Both the position numbers and the translations under genes were made by a program. Shown here piece after piece: positions 26,566-36,724 of a stretch of 64,000 nt of DNA (positions are counted from its first letter, which is position 1; each line of letters starts with the position of its first letter). The stretch comes from Salibacteraceae bacterium. GTDB taxonomy: Bacteria > Bacteroidota > Bacteroidia > Flavobacteriales_G > Salibacteraceae. The notes beneath the pieces were generated by a model. It ran no database searches. It saw only the letters and a list, made by a program, of their open reading frames with translations, and was not told where the DNA came from. The stretch spans positions 8,110 through 72,109 of the forward strand of contig CBFHWY010000004.1 in NCBI GenBank assembly GCA_965659675.1, read 5' to 3'.

Positions 26566-26573
26566 TACATTTG
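26566..26573 (+). promoter_or_regulatory. -7 box TACATTTG upstream of hmgA
   Basis: Exact TAnnTTTG, 15 nt before ATG 26589, with a TTG 17 nt upstream. Confidence 0.4.
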
Positions 26574-26588
26574 TCCAAAATCGCATCA

Positions 26589-27749
26589 ATGCCGTTTTAT
26601 CAGAAACTTGGAAATATCCCACATAAACGACACACTGCCTTTCGAAAAGAAGATGGTTCTCTTTTTTATGAGGAACTCTTTGGAACGATAGGCTTCGATG
26701 GAATGTCATCGCTACTCTATCACCACCACCGCCCAACGATGGTAAAAGAGATCAAAGGACAAAAGGATCTCTCTCCGGAGATCGCTGTTGATAAGAACAT
26801 GAAGTCATTTCGATTTCGAGGTTTTGAGCTCCAGCCCGAAAAAGATTATCTCGAAAGTCGCAAGCCTGTATTGGTCAACTCAGATTGCCACATAAGTCTG
26901 GCTGCACCAAAAGAATCAACAGCTTCTTATTTCTATAAAAATGCTGATGCTGACGAGATCCTCTTTATCCACAAGGGTAATGGTAAATTGCGCACCATGT
27001 TGGGGAACATTGAGTTCTCCTATGGCGATTATTTGATGATCCCAAGAGGAATGATCTATACGCTGGATTTTGAGTCTGAGGACAATCGACTTTTCATTGT
27101 AGAGAGTTTCCATCCCGTGTACACTCCAAAGCGCTATAGAAACTACTTTGGCCAGCTTCTGGAGCACTCTCCATTTTGTGAAAGGGATATTCGTCCACCT
27201 TCTGAGCTTGAAACGCACAACGAAAAAGGAGAGTTTCTGATCAAGATCAAAAAAGAGGGCATTCTATATGATTACCTATATGCCAGCCATCCATTTGATG
27301 TAGAAGGCTGGGATGGTTACAATTACCCCTATGCTTTTTCGATTCACGACTTTGAGCCTATAACAGGGAGGATTCACCTACCTCCTCCAATACATCAGAC
27401 CTTTGAGACAGCTGCTTTTGTGGTATGCTCATTTGTTCCGAGATTATATGATTACCACCCAGAGTCGATTCCAGCTCCATATAACCACTCGAACATCGAT
27501 TCAGATGAAGTTTTATATTATGTGGATGGTGATTTCATGAGCAGAAATGATATTGGACCCGGACATATTTCACTTCACCCTGCTGGAATACCCCATGGTC
27601 CGCATCCAGGGGCAGCAGAACGCAGCATTGGAGAAAAAGAAACTGAGGAGTTGGCCGTGATGGTGGATACCTTCAAGCCCCTCAAACTAACAAAACAAGC
27701 AATGGAACTAGCCGATGGTACATATTACCAAAGTTGGCTGGAAGATTAA
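26589..27749 (+). CDS. hmgA: Homogentisate 1,2-dioxygenase
   Basis: MPFYQKLGNIPHKRHT start; cupin core; 386 aa. ORF-track TTG extension trimmed. Confidence 0.9.
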   Translation: MPFYQKLGNIPHKRHTAFRKEDGSLFYEELFGTIGFDGMSSLLYHHHRPTMVKEIKGQKDLSPEIAVDKNMKSFRFRGFELQPEKDYLESRKPVLVNSDCHISLAAPKESTASYFYKNADADEILFIHKGNGKLRTMLGNIEFSYGDYLMIPRGMIYTLDFESEDNRLFIVESFHPVYTPKRYRNYFGQLLEHSPFCERDIRPPSELETHNEKGEFLIKIKKEGILYDYLYASHPFDVEGWDGYNYPYAFSIHDFEPITGRIHLPPPIHQTFETAAFVVCSFVPRLYDYHPESIPAPYNHSNIDSDEVLYYVDGDFMSRNDIGPGHISLHPAGIPHGPHPGAAERSIGEKETEELAVMVDTFKPLKLTKQAMELADGTYYQSWLED

Positions 27750-27760
27750 AACGAAGAACT

Positions 27761-28906
27761 ATGGCAACGAATCTCGAAAATGTAAATTACGGCACAGAAA
27801 AGATCTTTGAAGACGCTGAAGACTTTCTTCCATTAAATGGAACCGACTACGTTGAGCTTTATGTAGGAAACGCAAAACAGTCGGCGCTTTTCTACAAGAC
27901 CGCATTTGGCTTTCAATCGCATGCATACGCTGGTCTCGAAACAGGAATGAAAGACAGGGTCTCTTATGTTTTAAAGCAAGACAAGATCCGCCTTGTTCTA
28001 ACCACTCCTATGCAAAAAGGAGGCTACATCAACGAGCATCTGAACGATCATGGAGATGGAGTAAGGGTTGTGGCGCTTTGGGTTGATGATGCAACCAAAG
28101 CCTGGGAAGAAACCACATCAAGAGGAGCTAAATCTTACATGGAGCCAACCAAAGAAGAAGATGAAAATGGCCATGTTGTACGATCAGGAATTCATACTTA
28201 TGGAGACACCGTTCACATCTTCGTAGAGAGAAAGGCCTACAATGGAGTCTTCCTTCCGGGTTTCAGAAAGTGGGAAAGCCACTATAACCCCGAGCCTGTT
28301 GGCTTAAAGTTCATTGACCACATGGTTGGTAATGTTGGTTGGAATGAAATGGACACCTGGTCTAACTTCTACAATAAGGTGATGGGATTCACTCAGTTGG
28401 TGTCTTTTGATGACAAGGATATCAGTACGGAGTACACCGCTTTGATGTCGAAAGTAATGACCAATGGAAACGGCAGGATCAAATTCCCGATCAATGAACC
28501 AGCTGAAGGGATCAAAAAATCTCAGGTAGAGGAATATCTTGATTTTTACAATGGCCCAGGTGTTCAGCATATGGCTGTTGCCACAGATAATATAATAGAA
28601 ACGGTCCAAAAGTTACGCGACAGAGGGGTAGAGTTCCTCTATGTGCCTGAAAACTATTACGACGGCATACTGGATCGCGTAGGGGAGATCGATGAGGATC
28701 TTGCACCTCTTAAAGAACTCGGAATTCTCATCGACAGAGATGACGAAGGTTATCTTCTCCAGATCTTCACTAAACCGGTTTCTGATCGACCCACCTTATT
28801 TTTTGAGATCATTCAGAGAAAGGGTGCAAGATCATTTGGAAAAGGAAACTTCAAAGCACTGTTTGAGGCGATCGAAAGAGAGCAGGAGAACAGAGGAACA
28901 CTTTAA
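27761..28906 (+). CDS. hppD: 4-hydroxyphenylpyruvate dioxygenase
   Basis: Two VOC domains; C-terminal FFEIIQRKGARSFGKGNFKALFEAIEREQ signature; ATG 27761. Confidence 0.92.
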   Translation: MATNLENVNYGTEKIFEDAEDFLPLNGTDYVELYVGNAKQSALFYKTAFGFQSHAYAGLETGMKDRVSYVLKQDKIRLVLTTPMQKGGYINEHLNDHGDGVRVVALWVDDATKAWEETTSRGAKSYMEPTKEEDENGHVVRSGIHTYGDTVHIFVERKAYNGVFLPGFRKWESHYNPEPVGLKFIDHMVGNVGWNEMDTWSNFYNKVMGFTQLVSFDDKDISTEYTALMSKVMTNGNGRIKFPINEPAEGIKKSQVEEYLDFYNGPGVQHMAVATDNIIETVQKLRDRGVEFLYVPENYYDGILDRVGEIDEDLAPLKELGILIDRDDEGYLLQIFTKPVSDRPTLFFEIIQRKGARSFGKGNFKALFEAIEREQENRGTL

Positions 28907-28919
28907 CGCTTAAAGACAT

Positions 28920-30353
28920 ATGGAATTAAAACTCAACAAATCGGCTAAGTCCGAATTTGACAAGGCCCTTGTATGCTGGAAAGATCAACTGCCAAAAGAA
29001 TTTGCCTCGAGTTTATCTCATGAAGCTGAGATCAACAAATTGAATTTCGATAAGCTCATTGATGGTCAGCGGGTCTATTTCTCTCTGCTCGAAAAAAGCG
29101 AACAGGAAGGCAGCACCCTGGAAAAGGCTCGTCTATCGGCTTTCAGCCTCAATAAGATGCTCAATAGGGATAAGCAAAAGGGAGTATACATCGAGTCTTA
29201 TGTTGATGCCGAAACCACATTGGCATTTGCCGAAGGTCTCGCTCTTTCCAATTATCAATTCCTTAAATATTTTGAAGACGCTGATAAACGAAAGAATAGT
29301 TTGTCCGCGGTTGAAGTGGCCCACGGTGATTTAGATGCGCAGGATATCGACCGACTGAGTGCTGCCGTTCACGCGAATTATGAGGCGCGGACGCTTGTTA
29401 ATGAACCCCTTAGTTATCTGACCGCAGAGCAGCTTTCAAAAGAGGTGGAGCGTCTCGGAAAAGAAAATGGTTTTCGGGTTGAGGTCTTTAACAAGAAAAA
29501 GATCGAAAGTCTCAAAATGGGTGGATTATTGGCGGTAAATAGAGGAGCCGTTGAACCTCCCACCTTTAATATCATGGAATACAAGCCCGAGAATGCGGTA
29601 AACTCCCAACCCTTTGTGCTAGTTGGAAAAGGCGTGGTATATGACACAGGAGGTCTCAGCCTAAAACCTACCGCCAACTCCATGGACTTCATGAAATGCG
29701 ACATGGGAGGAGCCGCGGCGGTGATCGGAGCCATGGTTGCCATTGCAAAAGCAAAATTGAAGGTGCACGTAGTTTGTCTTGTTCCAGCAACAGAGAATCG
29801 CCCAGGCGGAAATGCCTATGCGCCAGGTGATGTGGTCAAAATGTACAATGGTTTGAATGTAGAGGTGCTCAACACTGATGCTGAGGGAAGGATGATATTA
29901 GCCGATGCACTCGCTTATGCCATTAAATATGACCCCGAATTGGTCTTTGATTTTGCCACCTTAACCGGTGCAGCGGCAAGGGCTATTGGCGCAGAAGGTG
30001 TGGTTGCAATGGGAACCGCAAAACAAAAAGAGTTTGATGTTCTTTATGAAAGTGGCTATAAGACCTACGAAAGAATAGCTCATTTCCCATTTTGGGAAGA
30101 ATATGGTCAACAGATAAAATCTGACATCGCAGACATCAAAAACCTGGGAGGTCCAGAGGCCGGAATGATCACTGCGGGAAAATTTCTTGAGCATTTTACC
30201 AAAAAAGATGGCAAGCATGCCTACCCCTGGATTCATGTGGATATCGCTGGACCAGCCTATAACTTCAAAGCAAAGAATTATCGAGGAGTTCAGGGTAGCG
30301 GCGTAGGCGTAAGACTCTTATTCGATTTCTTCTGTAAAAAGTCAGATGCCTAA
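28920..30353 (+). CDS. pepA: M17 leucyl aminopeptidase
   Basis: NTDAEGRMILADAL signature and VGKGVVYDTGG motif. Confidence 0.9.
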   Translation: MELKLNKSAKSEFDKALVCWKDQLPKEFASSLSHEAEINKLNFDKLIDGQRVYFSLLEKSEQEGSTLEKARLSAFSLNKMLNRDKQKGVYIESYVDAETTLAFAEGLALSNYQFLKYFEDADKRKNSLSAVEVAHGDLDAQDIDRLSAAVHANYEARTLVNEPLSYLTAEQLSKEVERLGKENGFRVEVFNKKKIESLKMGGLLAVNRGAVEPPTFNIMEYKPENAVNSQPFVLVGKGVVYDTGGLSLKPTANSMDFMKCDMGGAAAVIGAMVAIAKAKLKVHVVCLVPATENRPGGNAYAPGDVVKMYNGLNVEVLNTDAEGRMILADALAYAIKYDPELVFDFATLTGAAARAIGAEGVVAMGTAKQKEFDVLYESGYKTYERIAHFPFWEEYGQQIKSDIADIKNLGGPEAGMITAGKFLEHFTKKDGKHAYPWIHVDIAGPAYNFKAKNYRGVQGSGVGVRLLFDFFCKKSDA

Positions 30354-31344
30354 GCTGCGCATTGGAATTAGCATTGGTGACATCAACGGGGTTGGCCCCG
30401 AGGTTGTCCTTAAAAGTTTTTCAGACGCTCAGCTTTATGAGCTGGTTATTCCTATTGTATTCTGCCATTCTTCAGTTTTAGAATACTATAGTAAGTTAGC
30501 AGGCTTCCCTTCTGCTAACATCAATCCGATCGATGCTCTGGAAAAAGCCGTTGAAGGACATTTGAATTGTCTTCCACCAGAGACTGTCGTTCCAACCCTC
30601 AAGATCGGAAGCTCAGATAAGCATGCTGGAGATTACTCTTTTCAAAGTTTGAAGCTATGTGTGGATCTCGCTCTTGAAGGGAAACTGGATTTTATTACAA
30701 CGGCACCTATTAATAAGGATAACATTCAATCGGCTTTATTTCAATTCCCTGGACATACTGAGTTTTTGGCCAAAGCCTGTGGAATGGATCGTTCGCTCAT
30801 GCTCATGGTTCATCAAGATTTCAGGGTGAGTATGCTGACCGGACATATTCCGCTTTCGGAGGTCTCAGGAAGGGTGCAGCAAAAAGCCTTACTCGATCAC
30901 CTGCAATACCTTTCATCAAATTTGGAACGAGATTTTAATCTGGATAAGCCTCGCATAGCCGTGCTATCGTTGAATCCTCACGCTGGAGACGCGGGACTTT
31001 TGGGTTCTGAAGAAAATGAAGAGATCATTCCTGCCATTAACCGCGCCCAGAAAGAAGGACTAAACTGTGAAGGGCCTTTCCCTTCTGATGGTTTTTTTGG
31101 AGCTCAGCGACACATTGAATATGATGCTGTGCTTGCCATGTATCACGACCAGGCACTGATCCCATTCAAAGCCATAAGTTTCGACAGAGGGGTTAACTTC
31201 ACCGCTGGTTTGCCCATTATCAGAACTTCTCCTGATCACGGTACCGCTTATGATATTGCTGGAAAGGGAATTGCCTCTGAAAAGTCGTTCAAAGAAGCGG
31301 TCGAATTAGGCCTTGAAGTACATCAACATAGACAAGCATCCTGA
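30346..31344 (+). CDS. pdxA: 4-hydroxythreonine-4-phosphate dehydrogenase
   Basis: GDINGVGPEV; GHTEFLA; TSPDHGTAYDIAGKG. Confidence 0.9.
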   Translation: MPKLRIGISIGDINGVGPEVVLKSFSDAQLYELVIPIVFCHSSVLEYYSKLAGFPSANINPIDALEKAVEGHLNCLPPETVVPTLKIGSSDKHAGDYSFQSLKLCVDLALEGKLDFITTAPINKDNIQSALFQFPGHTEFLAKACGMDRSLMLMVHQDFRVSMLTGHIPLSEVSGRVQQKALLDHLQYLSSNLERDFNLDKPRIAVLSLNPHAGDAGLLGSEENEEIIPAINRAQKEGLNCEGPFPSDGFFGAQRHIEYDAVLAMYHDQALIPFKAISFDRGVNFTAGLPIIRTSPDHGTAYDIAGKGIASEKSFKEAVELGLEVHQHRQAS

Positions 31345-31382
31345 ACATCATACAAATAGCTGTGTTTTGCATTTCTTTTTAC

Positions 31383-31390
31383 TACCTTTG
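31383..31390 (+). promoter_or_regulatory. -7 box TACCTTTG upstream of yceD-rpmF
   Basis: Exact TAnnTTTG, 18 nt before TTG 31409. Confidence 0.4.
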
Positions 31391-31408
31391 CCGCCCATGT
31401 CTTAAAAC

Positions 31409-31897
31409 TTGAAGAAGTCGCCCTACCTTTTACGTTTCGATGGGCTGAAAGAAGGCCGACATTCATTTGAGTATGAAATGGACAAGAAGTTCTTTCAGGA
31501 ATTTGATCAGACAGACATCATAGACTGTAAGCTTCGAGCTGATCTGGATCTGCTGAAAAGATCCAATGGTCTTGAGCTCGATTTTGACATCAAGGGAAAC
31601 TTTATCATGGACTGCGACCGTTGTTTGGAGCCCGTTGATATACCGGTTGAGTATGAAGAGGTTCTGCATGTTCGCTTCGGCGAAGAGGAAGACCTCGAGT
31701 CAGAGATCGTTACTCTAAAGCGCTCAGCCTACGAGTTGGATTTGTCACAGTTCTTATATGAGTTGAGCATGTTAGCGTTGCCAATGCAGCGAGTTCATGA
31801 CTATGAATGTTTGGAAACGTCAAGCACCGAGAAAGAAGAAGAGAATACCGACCCAAGGTGGGAGGCATTAAAAAATATTAATTGGAACAAAGAATAA
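31409..31897 (+). CDS. YceD/DUF177 family protein
   Basis: 162 aa immediately upstream of rpmF. CDRCLEPV Cys motif, acidic C-terminus, TTG start. Confidence 0.75.
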   Translation: MKKSPYLLRFDGLKEGRHSFEYEMDKKFFQEFDQTDIIDCKLRADLDLLKRSNGLELDFDIKGNFIMDCDRCLEPVDIPVEYEEVLHVRFGEEEDLESEIVTLKRSAYELDLSQFLYELSMLALPMQRVHDYECLETSSTEKEEENTDPRWEALKNINWNKE

Positions 31898-31908
31898 ATT
31901 AAGAAGTT

Positions 31909-32100
31909 ATGGCACATCCAAAGCGAAAGCAATCGAAAACCAGAAGGGATAAAAGAAGAACCCACTACAAAGCTGATGCACCTACTGTAAGCATCTGTCC
32001 TACTACCGGTCAGCCTCACCTTCGTCACCGTGCTTACTGGCATGAAGGCAAGCTTTACTACAAGGGTAAGGTTGTGATGGAGAAAGACGTAGCTATTTAA
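31909..32100 (+). CDS. rpmF: 50S ribosomal protein L32
   Basis: [18 protein letters not shown]-terminus, 63 aa. Confidence 0.92.
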   Translation: MAHPKRKQSKTRRDKRRTHYKADAPTVSICPTTGQPHLRHRAYWHEGKLYYKGKVVMEKDVAI

Positions 32101-32126
32101 TTTAGTTGAGTAAAGGACCTAAGTCT

Positions 32127-32157
32127 ATGCCTTCCTGATTTGGAGGGCATTTTTTTT
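32127..32157 (+). terminator. Rho-independent terminator after rpmF
   Basis: ATGCCTTCC-TGATTT-GGAGGGCAT (9 bp including one G.U) followed by T7. Confidence 0.8.
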
Positions 32158-32230
32158 ATGCCTTATTTTAAGCTCAGGTTTTACTTAATAAGTCTTAATA
32201 TTGGCTTTTAAATAGATTAATATCTGATTC

Positions 32231-33220
32231 ATGAGTCGACCAACAGCAGCCATAACCGCAATAGGAGGATTTGTCCCCGAATATCGCCTTACCAATGAGG
32301 AGTTGGAGACGATGGTTGACACGAATGATGAATGGATTCGCACGCGCACAGGAATCAATGAACGGCGCATCTTAAAAAAAGAAGGAGAAGGTTCTTCATA
32401 TATGGCTGTTCAGGCCATTAACAAGCTTTTGGAAAGAAGAGGAATTGGAGCAGAAGAGATCGATCTGATCATTTGCGCCACCGTTACACCCGACCGTGTC
32501 TTTCCTTCCACTGCCTGCATCATAGCTGATAAGATCGGGGCGAAAAATGCTTTTGCATACGACCTCATGGCGGCCTGTTCTGGTTTTCTCTATTCATTGG
32601 TAACTGGTCAAAAATTCATTGAGAGCGGAACACATAAGAAAGTGCTGGTTGTTGGAGTAGACAAGATGTCTTCCATCATTGACTATCAAGACCGCGCAAC
32701 CTGTATCATCTTTGGAGATGGAGGAGGTGCCGTATTGTTAGAACCGAACGACGAAGGTCTTGGTATTCAGGATAGCATTTTAGAGAGCGACGGCCATGGT
32801 CGACACTTCCTGCATCAGAAAGCGGGGGGTTCGGTAAAACCTGCAAGCCATGAAACGGTAGATGCCAGAGAGCATTATGTTTTTCAGGATGGAAAAACTG
32901 TATTTAAGTATGCCGTAAGCAACATGGCTGATGTTTCAGCTCAGATCATGGAGCGAAATAACCTGACTGCAGACGATGTGGCTTATCTTGCTGCGCATCA
33001 GGCAAACAAAAGAATTATTGATGCTACTGCTTCCAGAATGGGAGTGGCTAGTGAAAAGGTACTGATGAACATTGAGAAATATGGTAACACCACAAATGGC
33101 ACAATACCACTCTTGTTCTGGGATTTTGAAGATCGCTTCAAAAAAGGCGACAATCTTATTTTAGCTGCTTTTGGAGGTGGCTTTACCTGGGGCAGTGTTT
33201 ATCTAAAATGGGCTTATTAA
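32231..33220 (+). CDS. fabH: 3-oxoacyl-ACP synthase III
   Basis: Active-site AACSGF; HQAN; GNTTNGTIPL motifs. Confidence 0.92.
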   Translation: MSRPTAAITAIGGFVPEYRLTNEELETMVDTNDEWIRTRTGINERRILKKEGEGSSYMAVQAINKLLERRGIGAEEIDLIICATVTPDRVFPSTACIIADKIGAKNAFAYDLMAACSGFLYSLVTGQKFIESGTHKKVLVVGVDKMSSIIDYQDRATCIIFGDGGGAVLLEPNDEGLGIQDSILESDGHGRHFLHQKAGGSVKPASHETVDAREHYVFQDGKTVFKYAVSNMADVSAQIMERNNLTADDVAYLAAHQANKRIIDATASRMGVASEKVLMNIEKYGNTTNGTIPLLFWDFEDRFKKGDNLILAAFGGGFTWGSVYLKWAY

Positions 33221-33249
33221 TTAAACGATAATCATTTTTACTCGAAGTA

Positions 33250-33777
33250 ATGGCTAAACAAGACTCGAACAAAATGGATCTTTCTCAGATTCAGTCATTG
33301 ATCCGATTTGTTTCAAAATCAGGAGCAAGCGAAGTTGAACTTGAGACAAAAGACTTTAAGATCATCATTAAAACCCCATCGGCAAATGACGGTAGGCAAG
33401 AAACTGTCATACAGCAAGTACCCATGGGCGGTGTGATGCCTCAACAGCAAATGGTTCCGCAGGCTCCGGCACCAGCCCCTGCACCAGCTCCAAGCGCTGA
33501 AAAACCGGCCGACGATGCAGGTGCTGATGATGACAAATACATTACAATCAAATCACCTATGATCGGTACTTTCTATCGCTCTCCATCTCCAGACAAACCA
33601 CCTTACTTGAATGTGGGTGATAGCGTTAAAACAGGAGACACAGTGTGTATCATTGAGGCTATGAAACTCTTTAATGAGATCGAATCGGAAGTGACCGGGA
33701 AAGTTGTAAAAGTATTGGTTGATGACTCCTCTCCTGTAGAGTATGATCAGCCACTATTTGTGATCGACCCATCATAA
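33250..33777 (+). CDS. accB: Biotin carboxyl carrier protein of acetyl-CoA carboxylase
   Basis: Pro/Ala linker and IEAMKLFNEIE biotinyl-lysine motif. Confidence 0.92.
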   Translation: MAKQDSNKMDLSQIQSLIRFVSKSGASEVELETKDFKIIIKTPSANDGRQETVIQQVPMGGVMPQQQMVPQAPAPAPAPAPSAEKPADDAGADDDKYITIKSPMIGTFYRSPSPDKPPYLNVGDSVKTGDTVCIIEAMKLFNEIESEVTGKVVKVLVDDSSPVEYDQPLFVIDPS

Positions 33778-33793
33778 ACTAAGACCTTAACCT

Positions 33794-35137
33794 ATGTTCA
33801 AGAAGATTCTGATCGCCAATCGTGGTGAGATCGCCCTGCGAATCATTCGTACCTGTAAGGAAATGGGGATCAGCACGGTTGCTGTTTATTCTACCGCTGA
33901 TGCCGACAGCCTTCCGGTTAGATTCGCTGACGAGGCTGTTTGTATTGGACCCCCTCCCAGTGCCGACTCTTATCTGAAGATCCCGAATATTTTGGCTGCT
34001 GCAGAGATCACAAATGCCGATGCCATTCATCCGGGATATGGTTTCCTTTCGGAAAATGCGAAGTTCTCCAAGATCTGTCAGGAGCATGGAATAAAATTCA
34101 TCGGTGCCCGTCCTGAACAAATTGAAGGAATGGGTGATAAGGCCACAGCCAAAGAAACCATGAAAAAAGCTGGGGTACCATGTGTACCTGGCTCTGAAGG
34201 TCTTTTGAAGGACGTAAAACACGCCGAAAAAACCGCGAAAGAAATTGGTCTACCCGTCATGATGAAAGCTACCGCTGGGGGCGGTGGAAAAGGGATGCGC
34301 GTGGTATGGAAGGAAGAAGAGATCGCAGATGCATTTTCAGCAATTCAAAGAGAAGCTGAAGCCGCCTTTGGAAACGACGGGATCTACATGGAGAAGTTCG
34401 TTGAAGAACCTCGCCATATTGAAATTCAGATCGCCAGTGACCAGTATGGAACGCATTGTCATTTGTCTGAACGCGATTGCTCTATTCAGCGACGACATCA
34501 AAAGTTGGTTGAAGAGACTCCCTCTCCATTCATGACCTCTTCATTGAGAAAGAAAATGGGAGAAGCCGCGATCAAAGCTGCTGCTGCTGTGAATTATGAA
34601 GGTGTAGGTACAGTGGAATTTCTGGTTGACAAACACAAGAACTTCTATTTCATGGAAATGAACACCAGGATTCAGGTGGAGCATACCATTACAGAGGAAG
34701 TCATCAATTTTGACCTCATCAAAGAACAGATCCTCATAGCAGCAGGAGTGCCTATCTCGGGTAAAAACTATTTGCCAAAGGCTCACGCCATTCAATGTAG
34801 GATCAATGCGGAGGACCCATTCAATAACTGGATACCTAGTCCCGGAAAGCTAATGACCTATCATGAACCTGGAGGAATTGGTATTAGACTGGACACCCAT
34901 GTTTATGGCGGCTACACCATTCCACCAAACTACGATTCGATGGTCGCTAAGTTGATCGTTGTAGCTCAAACTCGTGAGGAAGCTATCAAAAAGATGGAAC
35001 GCGCGCTCGATGAGTATATCGTAGAAGGAGTGAAAACAACCATTCCATTCCACCAAAAGCTGATGCGTAACGAACGCTTCATCAAGGGTGACTATACGAC
35101 GAAGTTCCTTGAGGAGTGGGATTTCACAAAAGATTAG
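33794..35137 (+). CDS. accC: Biotin carboxylase subunit of acetyl-CoA carboxylase
   Basis: [20 protein letters not shown]; ATP-grasp GGGGKGMR; [10 protein letters not shown]. Confidence 0.95.
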   Translation: MFKKILIANRGEIALRIIRTCKEMGISTVAVYSTADADSLPVRFADEAVCIGPPPSADSYLKIPNILAAAEITNADAIHPGYGFLSENAKFSKICQEHGIKFIGARPEQIEGMGDKATAKETMKKAGVPCVPGSEGLLKDVKHAEKTAKEIGLPVMMKATAGGGGKGMRVVWKEEEIADAFSAIQREAEAAFGNDGIYMEKFVEEPRHIEIQIASDQYGTHCHLSERDCSIQRRHQKLVEETPSPFMTSSLRKKMGEAAIKAAAAVNYEGVGTVEFLVDKHKNFYFMEMNTRIQVEHTITEEVINFDLIKEQILIAAGVPISGKNYLPKAHAIQCRINAEDPFNNWIPSPGKLMTYHEPGGIGIRLDTHVYGGYTIPPNYDSMVAKLIVVAQTREEAIKKMERALDEYIVEGVKTTIPFHQKLMRNERFIKGDYTTKFLEEWDFTKD

Positions 35138-35142
35138 TTCTG

Positions 35143-35169
35143 AGTCACGCTTTGGCGTGACTTTTTTTT
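35143..35169 (+). terminator. Rho-independent terminator after accC
   Basis: AGTCACGC-TTTG-GCGTGACT followed by T8. Confidence 0.8.
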
Positions 35170-35188
35170 GCCCAAAAATTCCAAAGAC

Positions 35189-36724
35189 ATGAAAAGAATA
35201 ATCATCATACTCCTGGTCGGCCTGAGCCTACCTTTGCTGGCTCAAAAATCGGATGTCGACTATGCCGCTCTTGATGCATACATAAAGAAGTCGATGAAAG
35301 AACATCAGCTGCCAGGGCTGGCCATAGGCATCGTTAAGGGCCAGGATGTGGTCTTTCAAAATGGATACGGTCTTCGAAAAGAGGGTGAGACGGCTCCTGT
35401 CACTACCAACAGTATGTTTGCCATTGCCTCGATCTCCAAGGCATTCTCAGCATCTTGTTTGGGAATATTAGAGGCAGAGAATAAGATAGACTTCAACGAA
35501 AAGATAAGGAGCTATCTGCCAAGCTGGAGACTCCACGACACCTGCGTGAGCGATCAATTCATTGTTTCAGACTTACTTGCCCACCGTAGTGGTTTGAAGA
35601 CCTTCGATGGTGACTTGCTATGGTATGGAACCAATTACAGTAGAGATGAGATCATTTCACGCATCAAGTATCTCCCGCTAAGTTATGAACCACGCATACA
35701 ATTTGGTTATCAGAACATCATGTACATCACTGCGGGACAACTTATTCCTGCCGTCAATGATTTGACCTGGGATGACTATCTAAAGCAAAATATCCTTGAG
35801 CCTATAGGAATGCTGAGGACGAATACCTCCATTAACGACTATAGCGAAACTCAGGATATCGCATATCCTCACGTGAAGGGCCAAAACCCAAAAGCTAAAC
35901 TCAACCCCTTGTTCAATTATGACAATAGTGGCGCCACAGCTGCGATGAATTCCAATGTTGTTGACATGAGCAAGTGGATCAGGTTATGGCTGAATGATGG
36001 CGTTTATGATGGCGATACAGTCATTCCCTATAAGCACATTAGAAGGGCGCATCAGGTTCATACTCCCCTTCCTGTAAGCTCAAGAGACATTCAAATGGGA
36101 ACGAACTTCAAAGGTTATGGCCAAGGCTGGTTCCTGATGGACTACAATGGCCTTAGGGTCGCGCATCACGGCGGTGGTCTTCCCGGATATATCTCCAAGA
36201 TCTGCCTTGTACCAGAAGAAGACTTTGGTTTCATCATTCTGACCAACGGGGAATCAAATCTTCCAAGTGCTTTGATGTACAAGATCCTGGATATGTATTT
36301 GGGTCGCGATGAAGTGGATTGGTCAAAGCGAATGCGTGATGGTTATTTGAATTATTATGCTCGTTTGGATAAGGATCGCGAAGCCAAAGCAGCGACAAAG
36401 AATATGGAAAAGGCTGCTGTTTTCAGTCTGGAAGAACTGAGTGGTACTTACGAAGACACCATGTATGGTGAAGCTAAGATCGAGCTATCAGGCAGAGGTA
36501 AAAAACAGAAGGCCATTCTGAGTTTAAGCCCTGCGGCAGAGACCTTTGTTTCTGAGCTGGAACCCTGGTCGGGTGATACGTACCGGATCAAGTGGAAAGA
36601 CGACTTTCTACCATGGGGATTGGTGAACTTCAAAAAAGACGAAAATGGAACCCTGGGCTTTACTATTGATCTAAAGAATCCAGATTTTCACTTCTTCAAC
36701 CTGAATTTCAAGAAGAAGAACTAG
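35189..36724 (+). CDS. Serine hydrolase (class C beta-lactamase/PBP family) with C-terminal DUF3471-like domain
   Basis: Signal peptide ...PLLA/QKS and SISKAF (SxxK) motif. ATG 35189; the ORF-track TTG lies inside the terminator T-run. Confidence 0.85.
   Translation: MKRIIIILLVGLSLPLLAQKSDVDYAALDAYIKKSMKEHQLPGLAIGIVKGQDVVFQNGYGLRKEGETAPVTTNSMFAIASISKAFSASCLGILEAENKIDFNEKIRSYLPSWRLHDTCVSDQFIVSDLLAHRSGLKTFDGDLLWYGTNYSRDEIISRIKYLPLSYEPRIQFGYQNIMYITAGQLIPAVNDLTWDDYLKQNILEPIGMLRTNTSINDYSETQDIAYPHVKGQNPKAKLNPLFNYDNSGATAAMNSNVVDMSKWIRLWLNDGVYDGDTVIPYKHIRRAHQVHTPLPVSSRDIQMGTNFKGYGQGWFLMDYNGLRVAHHGGGLPGYISKICLVPEEDFGFIILTNGESNLPSALMYKILDMYLGRDEVDWSKRMRDGYLNYYARLDKDREAKAATKNMEKAAVFSLEELSGTYEDTMYGEAKIELSGRGKKQKAILSLSPAAETFVSELEPWSGDTYRIKWKDDFLPWGLVNFKKDENGTLGFTIDLKNPDFHFFNLNFKKKN

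Noticed and set aside
26571-26588. N-terminal extensions in the ORF track created by upstream TTG/GTG codons: 26571, 27734, 35168, 41550, 45375, 45436, 46957, 49168, 55093, 56971, 59810, 13469, 13719 and 23022.
   Set aside because: Conserved protein N-termini (for example MKIAVVGATG for asd and IAILGSTGSIG for dxr), signal-peptide positions and -7 promoter boxes lying inside the extensions all favour the internal ATG starts.
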